Part shown: positions 10,477-19,135 of the stretch, piece by piece
Layout of the letters: each line of letters begins with the position of its first letter
How positions within the stretch are numbered: the stretch's first letter is position 1
From: an uncultured Chloroflexia bacterium
Lineage (GTDB): Bacteria > Chloroflexota > Anaerolineae > CG2-30-64-16
Direction of reading: 5' to 3'
NCBI GenBank assembly: GCA_963810095.1
Contig: CAWEMM010000013.1
Coordinates: 116,355 to 180,354, forward strand
DNA: 64,000 bases
Translations under genes and position numbers: made by a program
The notes under the pieces: model-generated
Database searches by the model: none
Seen by the model: only the letters and a program-made list of their open reading frames with translations
What the model was told of the DNA's origin: nothing

Positions 10477-11874
10477 ATGCGCCATCGCAACACATATGTG
10501 TTGATCGCCCTCATCGTGCTAGCCGCGGTGCTGTTGGCGATCGTTGTGCCGGTGAGCTATCCGAGCAACAGCTTCATCACGAAGCTGATGTTCTGGCAGC
10601 AGCCGGCCGAGTACCGTGATCTGTCCTTCAAGCAGGGCCTCGATCTGCAAGGTGGCACGCAGGTCTTGCTCGAAGCCAAGCCGCCCGTCGGCCAGACCGT
10701 CACGGAAGAAGATATGACGGCCGCGAAGACCATCGTGGAGCGCCGCGTGAATGGCCTGGGCGTGACCGAGCCACTCGTGCAGCTGCAGGGCCAGAACCGC
10801 ATCATCGTGGAACTGCCCGGCATCAGCAACCCCGAGGCCGCAGTGCAGACGCTGCGGAGCACTGGCCAGCTTGAATTTGTCGAAATCCCTGACGGCACGA
10901 CCGTGCAGCAGGGCGACTATATTCGCACGACCAACAACGCGACAGCGCCCGATGCGACCAAACTGGGGTCAACCCGTAACCCGTATCCTGAGCAGACCTT
11001 CACGACAATCATGACGGGTCGTGATCTCGAGACGGCCGGTGTCAACCGCGACCAGTTGGGCGCGCCGGTCATCACGTTCACTCTGAAGGATTCGGGCAAG
11101 CAGCTGTTCAGCGATTACACGGGCTCGCACATCGGCAAGGTGCTCGCGATCGTGCTGGACAACCAGGTGCTGTCCGCCCCCTCGATCAACGGCCAGATCC
11201 CCCAGGGCAGCGGCGAGATCACCGGCAAGTTCACGCTGGAAGAGGCGAATAACCTGGCCGTACAGATGCGCTACGGCTCGCTGCCGGTCCCACTTGAAGT
11301 TGTCAACCGCAGCACGATCGGCGCAACCCTCGGCGCGGACTCGGTGCGCAAGAGCATGATTGCGGGCCTCATCGGCCTCCTGGCCGTCCTGGTCTTCATG
11401 ATGGTGTACTACCGGCTGCCCGGCCTGCTGGCCTCGATCGCCCTCGTGCTGTACGCGTTGATCAACCTGGCGATCTACAAGGTCGTGCCGGTGACGCTGA
11501 CGCTGCCCGGCATCATGGGCTTCCTGTTATCAACAGGTATGGCCGTTGATGCGAACATCCTGATCTTCGAGCGCATGAAGGAAGAGCTCCGATGGGGCAA
11601 GTCGATGCGCCAGGCCGTCGAGGCCGGCTTCGACCGGGCCTGGACCTCCATCCTGGACTCGAACCTGTCGACGATCATCATCTGCTTCATCCTGATGATC
11701 TTCGGCCGCACGTTTGGCGCCCAGCCGGTCTTCGGGTTCGCGTTGAACCTGTTCATCGGTGTGTTGGTCAGCATGTTCACCGCCGTCGTCGTGACGCGCA
11801 GCCTCATGCGATTCGTGTTCGAGCGCTCCTCGGGTGAGACGCTGCGCGAGCGCGAGTGGCTGATGGGGATTTGA
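10477..11874 (+). CDS. secD: Protein translocase subunit SecD
   Basis: GLDLQGG, RVNGLGVTEP, RIIVELPG, GMAVDANILIFERMKEE. Confidence 0.97.
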   Translation: MRHRNTYVLIALIVLAAVLLAIVVPVSYPSNSFITKLMFWQQPAEYRDLSFKQGLDLQGGTQVLLEAKPPVGQTVTEEDMTAAKTIVERRVNGLGVTEPLVQLQGQNRIIVELPGISNPEAAVQTLRSTGQLEFVEIPDGTTVQQGDYIRTTNNATAPDATKLGSTRNPYPEQTFTTIMTGRDLETAGVNRDQLGAPVITFTLKDSGKQLFSDYTGSHIGKVLAIVLDNQVLSAPSINGQIPQGSGEITGKFTLEEANNLAVQMRYGSLPVPLEVVNRSTIGATLGADSVRKSMIAGLIGLLAVLVFMMVYYRLPGLLASIALVLYALINLAIYKVVPVTLTLPGIMGFLLSTGMAVDANILIFERMKEELRWGKSMRQAVEAGFDRAWTSILDSNLSTIIICFILMIFGRTFGAQPVFGFALNLFIGVLVSMFTAVVVTRSLMRFVFERSSGETLREREWLMGI

Positions 11875-11884
11875 GGGTAGCGCC

Positions 11885-12850
11885 ATGTTTCAATTTGTAG
11901 AAAAGCGCAAGTGGTACTTTCTCCTGTCGTCGCTGATTATCATCCCGGGGCTGCTCGCGATGATCTACCTGACCGCGACGACCGGGCTTCCCGTCAAGCC
12001 GGCCATCGACTTCACGGGCGGCACGCTCTGGCAGATGCGGTTCGCCAACCCGGTCGCACCTGCGGAGCTGCGCCAGGTCTTTATCGACAACGGCGCGGCG
12101 GGTGATCCCGCGGTAACGACGCTGGGGAATAACGGCACCGACCTCCAGGTGCGCCTCAAGCCTATCGACGATGCAGTTAAGCTGAAGCTGGCCGATGCCG
12201 TCAAGGCCAAGTTCGGCGATTTCCAGGAGTTGCAGTACAGCCAGGTCGGTCCGGCCATTGGTAACGAAGTTACCCGGGCCGCGGTTATCGCCATCGCGGC
12301 GGCTTCGATCGTGATCCTCGGGTTCATGATCTTCGCCTTCCGCAAGGTGCCGAACCCGTTCCGTTACGGCCTGGCGGCCATCATCGCCATGCTGCACGAC
12401 CTGCTGCTGACCTTGGGCCTGATCGCCCTCGCCGGCCTGTTCCTGGGTTGGGAAGCGGACGCGTTGTACCTCACGGCGATCCTGACGGTCATCAGCTTCT
12501 CGATGCAGGACACGATCGTCGTGTTCGACCGCATCCGCGAGAACACGCCCAAGTACCGCGGCGACACGTTCTCCAGCATCGCGGACCGCAGCCTGATGGA
12601 GACCATCCACCGGTCGCTGGCGACGCAGCTCAACGCGATCTTCATCATGGTGGCCGTCTTGCTCTTCGGCGGCGCGACGATGAAGCAGTTCATCGCGGTC
12701 ATGCTGATCGGCTTGATCTCGGGATCCTACTCGTCCATCTTCATCGCCGTGCCGCTTTTGGCCGGCTGGGTGGACAAGGACATCCTGGGGCTGCGGGTCG
12801 GCAAGAATGGGAAGCAAGGGCTCCCCGCACCTCAGCAGCCGACTGCGTAA
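11885..12850 (+). CDS. secF: Protein translocase subunit SecF
   Basis: IDFTGG, LHD, DTIVVFDRIREN, GSYSSIFIA. Confidence 0.97.
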   Translation: MFQFVEKRKWYFLLSSLIIIPGLLAMIYLTATTGLPVKPAIDFTGGTLWQMRFANPVAPAELRQVFIDNGAAGDPAVTTLGNNGTDLQVRLKPIDDAVKLKLADAVKAKFGDFQELQYSQVGPAIGNEVTRAAVIAIAAASIVILGFMIFAFRKVPNPFRYGLAAIIAMLHDLLLTLGLIALAGLFLGWEADALYLTAILTVISFSMQDTIVVFDRIRENTPKYRGDTFSSIADRSLMETIHRSLATQLNAIFIMVAVLLFGGATMKQFIAVMLIGLISGSYSSIFIAVPLLAGWVDKDILGLRVGKNGKQGLPAPQQPTA

Positions 12851-12863
12851 TCAAGGCTTAATC

Positions 12864-12949
12864 GGCCGCAGATTCAACTGGTCAGACTGATCTTCCTGAT
12901 CTCCGTGCGGAGATCATAGGAATCTGTTCAATCAGTTCAATCTGCGGCC
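12864..12949. repeat. Intergenic 9-nt-periodic palindrome, flavour C (GATT/AATC units)
   Basis: 11-bp terminal IR GGCCGCAGATT/AATCTGCGGCC; AATC/GATC recurring every 9 nt. Confidence 0.8.
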
Positions 12950-12970
12950 TGTCTATTTGAGTGACCACAC

Positions 12971-13949
12971 ATGCGCGCGCTTTTCTCGGACGGCTCTCTG
13001 CGAGCGAACTACCCCGATCCAATCCGCACGGGCGACGAGGCCCTGATTAAGCTGCGCCTCGCCGGCATCTGCAACACCGATCTCGAGTTGGTTGCCGGGT
13101 ACATGGATTACCGGGGCGTGCTCGGGCACGAGTTCGTCGGGGAAGTTCTGGACGCGCCCGACCGCGCGTGGATCGGTCAGCGGGTGGTGGGCGACATCAA
13201 CGCGGCCTGTCACGCCTGCTCGACGTGCCGCGCGGGCCGGCATACCCACTGCCCCCACCGCACCACGCTGGGCATCGCAGGTCGCGACGGCTGCTTCAGC
13301 GACACGTTCCTGCTGCCCCAGGCGAACCTCTACCCCGTTCCCGACAGCGTTTCCGACGAACAGGCCGTGTTCACCGAGCCGCTCGCCGCCGCGTGTGAGA
13401 TCCTCGAGCAGGTGCACGTTGCGCCAACCGACCAGGTCGTCGTCCTGGGCGATGGCAAGCTGGGTCTGCTGGTGGCCTCCGTCTTGCGGCTGACCGGTGC
13501 AGATCTGCTGATGGTGGGCAAGCACCCCGAAAAGCTGGCACTGGCAGCCGCTTGGGGCATTCCGACCCGCCTGGTCACCGAGCTTGCCGCGGTCCCTCCC
13601 CGGGCGCCTAATGGGGCAGACCTCGTCGTCGAGTGCACGGGCAACGCCGATGGGTTTGCGCTTCGCGCGCTCATTTTTGCGAGCGCGCGGCAGGCTAATC
13701 CTCAAGAGTACTTATCATTCGAGTATCCAGGCAGGCACTGGTGCGTTTAACCTGAGTGAGTGGGTTGTGGACGAAGTCACAATCCAGGGCTCCCGGTGCG
13801 GACCGTTCGCTCCAGCCCTGCGGCTCATGGCCGCGGGTCTTGTGGATCCTCGCCCGCTCATTTCGGCCACGTACTCGATGGAGGATGCCCCGGCCGCGAT
13901 GGAACACGCGACGGGCCGCGGCGTTCTTAAAGTGCTGTTGCAGACGTAG
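12971..13949 (+). CDS. Zinc-dependent MDR-family alcohol dehydrogenase, frameshifted near 13663
   Basis: GICNTD, GHEFVG, CxxCxxC..C, GDGKLG; C-terminus (ARGRLILKST..GSRCGPF..LKVLL) in another frame. Confidence 0.85.
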
Positions 13950-13977
13950 CTTGAACAAGCACGACCCTAACGGCGCT

Positions 13978-14006
13978 TTGACTATTCTGCCTGCTGCGAG
14001 TATTAT
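13978..14006 (+). promoter_or_regulatory. Putative sigma70 promoter giving a near-leaderless transcript
   Basis: TTGACT-17 bp-TATTAT, 9 bp before ATG 14016. Confidence 0.6.
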
Positions 14007-14015
14007 CCGATGGCT

Positions 14016-14546
14016 ATGACCTTAACCGCGTTGTTACCGGCCGGCGTGCTCCTCTTTCGCCGGAGCTTGCCCTTACTTGTTCTGCTCGTAACGTCAGTGG
14101 CCCTGTTAGGCTGTCAGCCGTCCATCGAGGTTTTCGAGCCAACATCGCCCTTGCCGCCGCCGACCGTCGCGCCTGACGAGCGCGGGCTGGCAATCATGGG
14201 GGTCGATTTTGACCCCCCGCTGGAAGCCGGCCAGATCCTGACCAACGGCGGTGTGACCCTCCTGGTGGCGCTGGAGAACCAGGGGCGCAAGACCGAGCCG
14301 GCAGCGAGGGTGACGGCACGCTTGTACGATGCGCAATCGCATCCGGGCGCTGACCTGGCAAGCGAGACGATTACCGTGCGTGCGCTGGCGCCCGGAGAAC
14401 TGCGGGTCGTGCGTTTCACGCAAGTGAACGCGCTGCCGGTGCGGTCGCGCTACAAGCTGGCCGTTGAGGTGTCTCCCGTGCCTGGCGAACGGGAACTGGA
14501 CGATAATGTCCGGCTTCTGGACATTATCGTGCACCCGGCAGAGTAG
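14016..14546 (+). CDS. Putative lipoprotein with CARDB/Ig-like domain
   Basis: Hydrophobic signal ending LLGC; VALENQG and VPGERELDDN resemble CARDB. Confidence 0.6.
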   Translation: MTLTALLPAGVLLFRRSLPLLVLLVTSVALLGCQPSIEVFEPTSPLPPPTVAPDERGLAIMGVDFDPPLEAGQILTNGGVTLLVALENQGRKTEPAARVTARLYDAQSHPGADLASETITVRALAPGELRVVRFTQVNALPVRSRYKLAVEVSPVPGERELDDNVRLLDIIVHPAE

Positions 14547-14566
14547 GGGCGGAAATCACAAATGGC

Positions 14567-14598
14567 AAGGGGCAACCGTTAATGGTTGCCCCTTTTTC
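14567..14598 (+). terminator. Intrinsic terminator between convergent genes
   Basis: AAGGGGCAACC-loop-GGTTGCCCCTTTTT. Confidence 0.85.
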
Positions 14599-14638
14599 GT
14601 TCCTGTGCGCTATGCGGTTATAATGATGCGTAACCTGC

Positions 14639-14881
14639 TCAGTGGCCGCAGCTCGCACAATTGCCGCCTGCGCAGCCACCGCAGCCGCCAGGCGTGCTGC
14701 TGGCGACCATCCGGCTGCCGCCGCCGGCCTCCCGGCTGATGGCTGCGAAAACAGAGATGGCGCGGCGCACGTGGGTGGCCTGACAGCGTGGGCAGGCGAT
14801 TGGCGCATCAATCTGGCTCATCGGCCGCAAGGCTTCGAACCGCTTGTCGCACTCCTGGCACTGGTATTCATAAACCGGCAT
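14639..14881 (-). CDS. FmdB-family zinc-ribbon protein
   Basis: MPVYEYQCQEC..CPRC and C-terminal CGGCAGGNCASC. Confidence 0.9.
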   Translation of the reverse strand: MPVYEYQCQECDKRFEALRPMSQIDAPIACPRCQATHVRRAISVFAAISREAGGGSRMVASSTPGGCGGCAGGNCASCGH

Positions 14882-14970
14882 GGGAACCTCGGAACGTTAA
14901 CGTGTGAGCTGTAGTGAGGTAGGAACCGTCACATATGAGCAGCGCCGTGCATTTTAGCGCAAAGAGGGAC

Positions 14971-16149
14971 ATGCGTCAACCTCTCGCCACATCCGCCACC
15001 CCTGCACGGGACAACCGTGGCCCGGCCGGGTTGGCGCGGGGTGGGCGCGCCGTTCTGCTGCTGGCTCCCTTGCTGCTCTTCGTTTTTCTGTGCACGGGCT
15101 TCGGGCCGCCCATTCTCACGGACGGTGGCTACCCACCCATCCGGCTGGCGCCCGAGCACATCGACGCGCTCGTACGCGCGCAGACGGTGCCTACGGTCAC
15201 GGCGACGTCGGCGCTCGTCCTTGACCTGGAGAGCGGCCAGACGCTGTTCGAGAAAGATTCGACCCGGGGCTTGCCGCCCGCGTCGACTGCCAAGCTCATG
15301 ACCGCGCTCGTCGTCGTGGACCAGGTGCCGCTGGACGAAGCCGTGCTCGTGACGCAGCACGCGGCGGAGACGGAAGGCAGCCGCATGGGGCTGGCGCCGG
15401 GCGAGCAACTGACCGTGGCCGAGCTGTTGAAGGGACTTCTGATCCCCTCGGGAAACGACGCGGCGGTGGCGCTTGCCGAACACGTGGCGGGCAGCGAAGC
15501 GGATTTCGTGGCGATGATGAATGCCCGCGCCCGCGCCCTGGGGCTAACGGCGACGAACTTCGTCAACGTTCACGGCCTTGACGCGCCGGGGCAGACGACG
15601 AGTGCCGCGGACCTGGCCGTTATCGCCAAAGCAGCACTCCAGAATCCGGTGATCGAGCGTATCGTTGCGACCCCATCGGCGAATGTCGCGGGCCATGCGC
15701 TCCAGAACACGAACGAGTTGTTGGGCACCTATGAGGGCGCGGACGGCGTCAAGACCGGCACGACAGACGAAGCGGGCCAGTGCCTCGTGGCGTCGGTGAC
15801 GCGCGATGGCCGGCGCACGCTGCTCGTGGAACTGGGGAGCCGGGAGCGTTTTGTGGACGCGCGAAAGCTCTTCGATTACGCCCGCGACGCGTTCGTGTGG
15901 CGCGACCCGGCCTTGCCCGCCACGTCGCTCTCGTGGCTCAACGGCGCAAATGGCAAGGCTTACCGTTTGCGGTCCGAGCAAACCTCTGCTATCTTTGTCC
16001 CGGCTTGGCAGCGGCCGTTCTTGCTGCCCACCATAGCAATTGCACCAGGAGCGGTTATGACCGGGACCGCGCCGGTCGGCGAATTGCGTTGGATGTTTGG
16101 GGCGGAGGCGGTTGCAACGGCGCCGCTATCCGTTTGGCAAGGTCCGTGA
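14971..16149 (+). CDS. D-alanyl-D-alanine carboxypeptidase (peptidase S11)
   Basis: SxxK (ASTAK), SxN (SGND), KTG motifs; N-terminal TM. Confidence 0.92.
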   Translation: MRQPLATSATPARDNRGPAGLARGGRAVLLLAPLLLFVFLCTGFGPPILTDGGYPPIRLAPEHIDALVRAQTVPTVTATSALVLDLESGQTLFEKDSTRGLPPASTAKLMTALVVVDQVPLDEAVLVTQHAAETEGSRMGLAPGEQLTVAELLKGLLIPSGNDAAVALAEHVAGSEADFVAMMNARARALGLTATNFVNVHGLDAPGQTTSAADLAVIAKAALQNPVIERIVATPSANVAGHALQNTNELLGTYEGADGVKTGTTDEAGQCLVASVTRDGRRTLLVELGSRERFVDARKLFDYARDAFVWRDPALPATSLSWLNGANGKAYRLRSEQTSAIFVPAWQRPFLLPTIAIAPGAVMTGTAPVGELRWMFGAEAVATAPLSVWQGP

Positions 16150-16178
16150 TCCCCCGGTCTGGCGACCGATAGGTCGGA

Positions 16179-17858
16179 GTGATGACAGAAGAGAGACTGC
16201 AAAAGCTGCTGGCACGTGCGGGCGTAGGGTCGCGGCGCGCCTGCGAGGAACTGATCCTGGCGGGCCGCGTCACGGTCGACGGCCGGGTGGTGACAGAGCT
16301 GGGGACGCGGGTCGACCCCGACCGGACACAGGTGCAGGTGGACGGCAAGCCGATCCGGCTGGAAGGCCTGCGCTACGTGATGCTGCACAAGCCGCAGGGC
16401 GTATTGTCAGGTACTGACCCAAAGGCTGAGTATCCATCCTGGGAGACGCTGGTCAAGGTGCCTGAGCGCCTGTATGCAGTTGGCCGGCTCGACCAGGACA
16501 GTGAGGGCCTGCTCCTGCTGACCAACGACGGTGAGATGGCCCTGCGCTTGTCGCATCCCAGGTACGAGCATCCCAAGACGTATTTCGTCCAGGTCGAGGG
16601 CGTGCCGAACCCGCGGAAGCTGCGCCGGCTGCAGCACGGCGTGATGCTGGACGACGGGCCGACCTTGCCCGCGCGGGTCGCTCTCTTCCGCGAGTTGCCG
16701 GCCGAGTACGCTGGCAAGCCCGCGCCGCGACCCGATGCTGCGAAAGCCAAGGGGAACATGGAGCGGCCGCCCGCCCGGCCCGCGGCGCCACCCGAGCGGC
16801 GCACGAGCTGGCTGAAGATCACGCTGCGCGAAGGACGCAAGCGGCAGGTGCGCCGGATGGTGAGCTTGCTCGGGCACCCCGCGTTGCGCGTCATTCGCGT
16901 GGGTCTTGGCCCGCTCGCCCTGGCCGACCTAAAGCCCGGGAAGTGGCGCGACCTGACTGCGGGCGAGGTGCGTGCGCTGCGTGAGGCCGCTTTCCACGGC
17001 GAGCCAGAATCCCAGGGTGCAGCGGCGCCGCAAGCCGCTCCTGCACCATCCGCCGCCCGCGAAAGGAAACGCAGGCCATTGTCCCCCAACACGATCGCCA
17101 TCGACGGCCCCTCCGCCTCGGGAAAGAGCACCATCGGCGGGCTGCTGGCCGAAGACCTGAATTATCTCTATTTCGACACGGGCGTGATGTACCGGGCGGT
17201 CGCAGCAGTGGCTCTGGCGCGCAATGTCTCACCCCACGACGAAGACGCAGTCACTGCGATGGCCGAGGCGCTGCGGATCGACGTGCAGCCGCCGACCATC
17301 GACGACGGCCGCGATGTGACGGTGGTGGCCGACGGGCGAGATGTCAGCTGGGACATTCGGCGCATGGAGGTGGAGAAGGCGGTGACGCCCATCTCCTCGT
17401 ATGCGGGCGTGCGCGAGGCGATGCGCAAGGAGCAACGCCGGATCGGCGAAGCGGGCAAAGTCGTCATGGTGGGCCGGGATATTGGCACGGTCGTTCTGCC
17501 CGATGCCGACCTGAAGATCTACCTGGATGCGACCCTCCACGAACGCGCACGGCGCCGCTATTTGGAGCGGCAGGAGCGCGGGGAGAAAGTGACGTTCGAG
17601 CAGGTGCTTGCGGACGTCGAACGCCGGGACCGGGGCGATTCGTCGCGACAGCACGCGCCGTTGAAGGCTGCGGACGACGCGATCCTGGTGGAAACAACCG
17701 GGCTAGACATCGACCAGGTCATGGAGCGGGTCGGCATCCTGCTCGAGCATTGGCGCCATGAGCGCACGAAGCGCGCGAACCAACAGGCGGCCCGGGCCGG
17801 GAAAGCGCCCGGCCGGCGCACGGCTGGCCAGTCTGTCTCGCGCCGCGGCCATTCCTGA
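16179..17858 (+). CDS. cmk: In-frame fusion of RluB/RsuA-family pseudouridine synthase and cytidylate kinase
   Basis: ERLQKLLA S4 domain, VGRLDQDSEGLLLLTNDG, EGRKRQVRRM; then IAIDGPSASGKST, DTGVMYRA, GRDIGTVV. Confidence 0.88.
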   Translation: MMTEERLQKLLARAGVGSRRACEELILAGRVTVDGRVVTELGTRVDPDRTQVQVDGKPIRLEGLRYVMLHKPQGVLSGTDPKAEYPSWETLVKVPERLYAVGRLDQDSEGLLLLTNDGEMALRLSHPRYEHPKTYFVQVEGVPNPRKLRRLQHGVMLDDGPTLPARVALFRELPAEYAGKPAPRPDAAKAKGNMERPPARPAAPPERRTSWLKITLREGRKRQVRRMVSLLGHPALRVIRVGLGPLALADLKPGKWRDLTAGEVRALREAAFHGEPESQGAAAPQAAPAPSAARERKRRPLSPNTIAIDGPSASGKSTIGGLLAEDLNYLYFDTGVMYRAVAAVALARNVSPHDEDAVTAMAEALRIDVQPPTIDDGRDVTVVADGRDVSWDIRRMEVEKAVTPISSYAGVREAMRKEQRRIGEAGKVVMVGRDIGTVVLPDADLKIYLDATLHERARRRYLERQERGEKVTFEQVLADVERRDRGDSSRQHAPLKAADDAILVETTGLDIDQVMERVGILLEHWRHERTKRANQQAARAGKAPGRRTAGQSVSRRGHS

Positions 17859-17953
17859 AGGCGCGGGCGCAATGGGTAATCATCGATCTAGGTACTAATC
17901 GCTCTGCGTCTACAGAGCTCCGTGTCTTGACAGCTCTCCCAAGGGGTGCGGGC

Positions 17954-18763
17954 ATGAACGCGACCGGTGCAAACGCGACAGGTGCAAACCCGGCAGGTGA
18001 ACCAGGCGGCTCAGCGCAGAACCAGGCTGGCGCGCCGCGACGGCCCTCGCCTCCGCTTGGGCGCCGCCTGCTGAACCCTATCCTCCGCCTGCTGCTCTGG
18101 CTGTTCCTTGATGTGAAGGTGACCGGCGGGCGCGCGGTGCCCCCAGCCGGGGCCGGTATCGTGTATTATAACCATATTCACTGGCTGGACCCCGTGCTGA
18201 TCACCGGCCGGTTGCACCGTTTCGGCGTGCCTCTGACGAAGATCGAGGCCAGCCGTTGGCCGGTGCTGGGCTGGGTTCTGAAGGTCTACCACGTCATCTT
18301 CATCACCCGCGGGGTGGTCGACCGGGCGGCGCTCAAGGCGACCTGGGAAGTGTTGGCGGAAGGCGGCGTGTCCATCATCTCGCCCGAGGGCACCCGCAGC
18401 CATGACGGCAAGATGCAAACCGCCAAGGAAGGGCTGGCGTACGTGGCGCAGCGGGCGCCTGACTGCTGGCTCATCCCCGCGGCAGTGACCGGCACGCCTG
18501 ACTTCCGGGTTAAGCTGCCTCTGATTAACCGGCCCAAGGCGAGCATCACCTATGGCAGGCCGTTCCGGTTCGCGTGGCCGCGGGCTGCCGACGGCTCGCT
18601 GGCCCTGCCCGAAGGCCGGGCCGGCCGCGAGGTCATGCGCGAGATGACGGAGCAGGCCATGGGCGAGATGGCAGCGCGTTTGCCAGACGAGATGCGCGGC
18701 GCGTATGCCGACCAGGTGGGAACAAATCGGAGTTGGCTAGAGTTTATGGATGAAGGGAGGTAA
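17954..18763 (+). CDS. plsC: Lysophospholipid acyltransferase (PlsC family)
   Basis: NHxxxxD (NHIHWLD) and PEGTRS motifs; follows cmk. Confidence 0.85.
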   Translation: MNATGANATGANPAGEPGGSAQNQAGAPRRPSPPLGRRLLNPILRLLLWLFLDVKVTGGRAVPPAGAGIVYYNHIHWLDPVLITGRLHRFGVPLTKIEASRWPVLGWVLKVYHVIFITRGVVDRAALKATWEVLAEGGVSIISPEGTRSHDGKMQTAKEGLAYVAQRAPDCWLIPAAVTGTPDFRVKLPLINRPKASITYGRPFRFAWPRAADGSLALPEGRAGREVMREMTEQAMGEMAARLPDEMRGAYADQVGTNRSWLEFMDEGR

Positions 18764-18794
18764 GAGAGCACAGGCTGATCAAGTGATAGGGAGA

Positions 18795-19050
18795 GTAACA
18801 GCGCCTGGGCGCATCACCTTTCGGTGATGTTAGCTGACGAGGAGGAGGTTCCTCACCGCGAGGTGAGTGCTAAGCCTTTCTTGGGCCATCACAACCTCGA
18901 GACCGCGTGTGATGGCAGAAGAGGGCGAAAATCGATCAGATCGGCGGAAGCCTCCAGGGATTGCACGGACACAACCCCCGTCGCCCCTAACTTTCAAGAA
19001 TTGTTTCTTGAAAGCCCTCTCCCCTCCAAAACTGCCTAAGGGTTGGTGCA
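18795..19050 (+). ncRNA. glmS ribozyme-riboswitch with an 80-nt core insertion
   Basis: A/GCGCC cleavage site at 18800/18801, P1 GCATCACC/GGTGATGT, GACGAGG, GGAGG/CCTCC, ATCG..TCGGCGGA, P3-like GGGATTG/CAACCCC, TGCAC/GTGCA pairing; directly upstream of glmS. Confidence 0.88.
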
Positions 19051-19135
19051 GGCAGCCGGCCGGCACGCGAGTTCACGCGTGCTCGAGCGCGGCCGCGGCT
19101 GCCACTGTTCACGAACACAATCGGAGGGGTTACCC

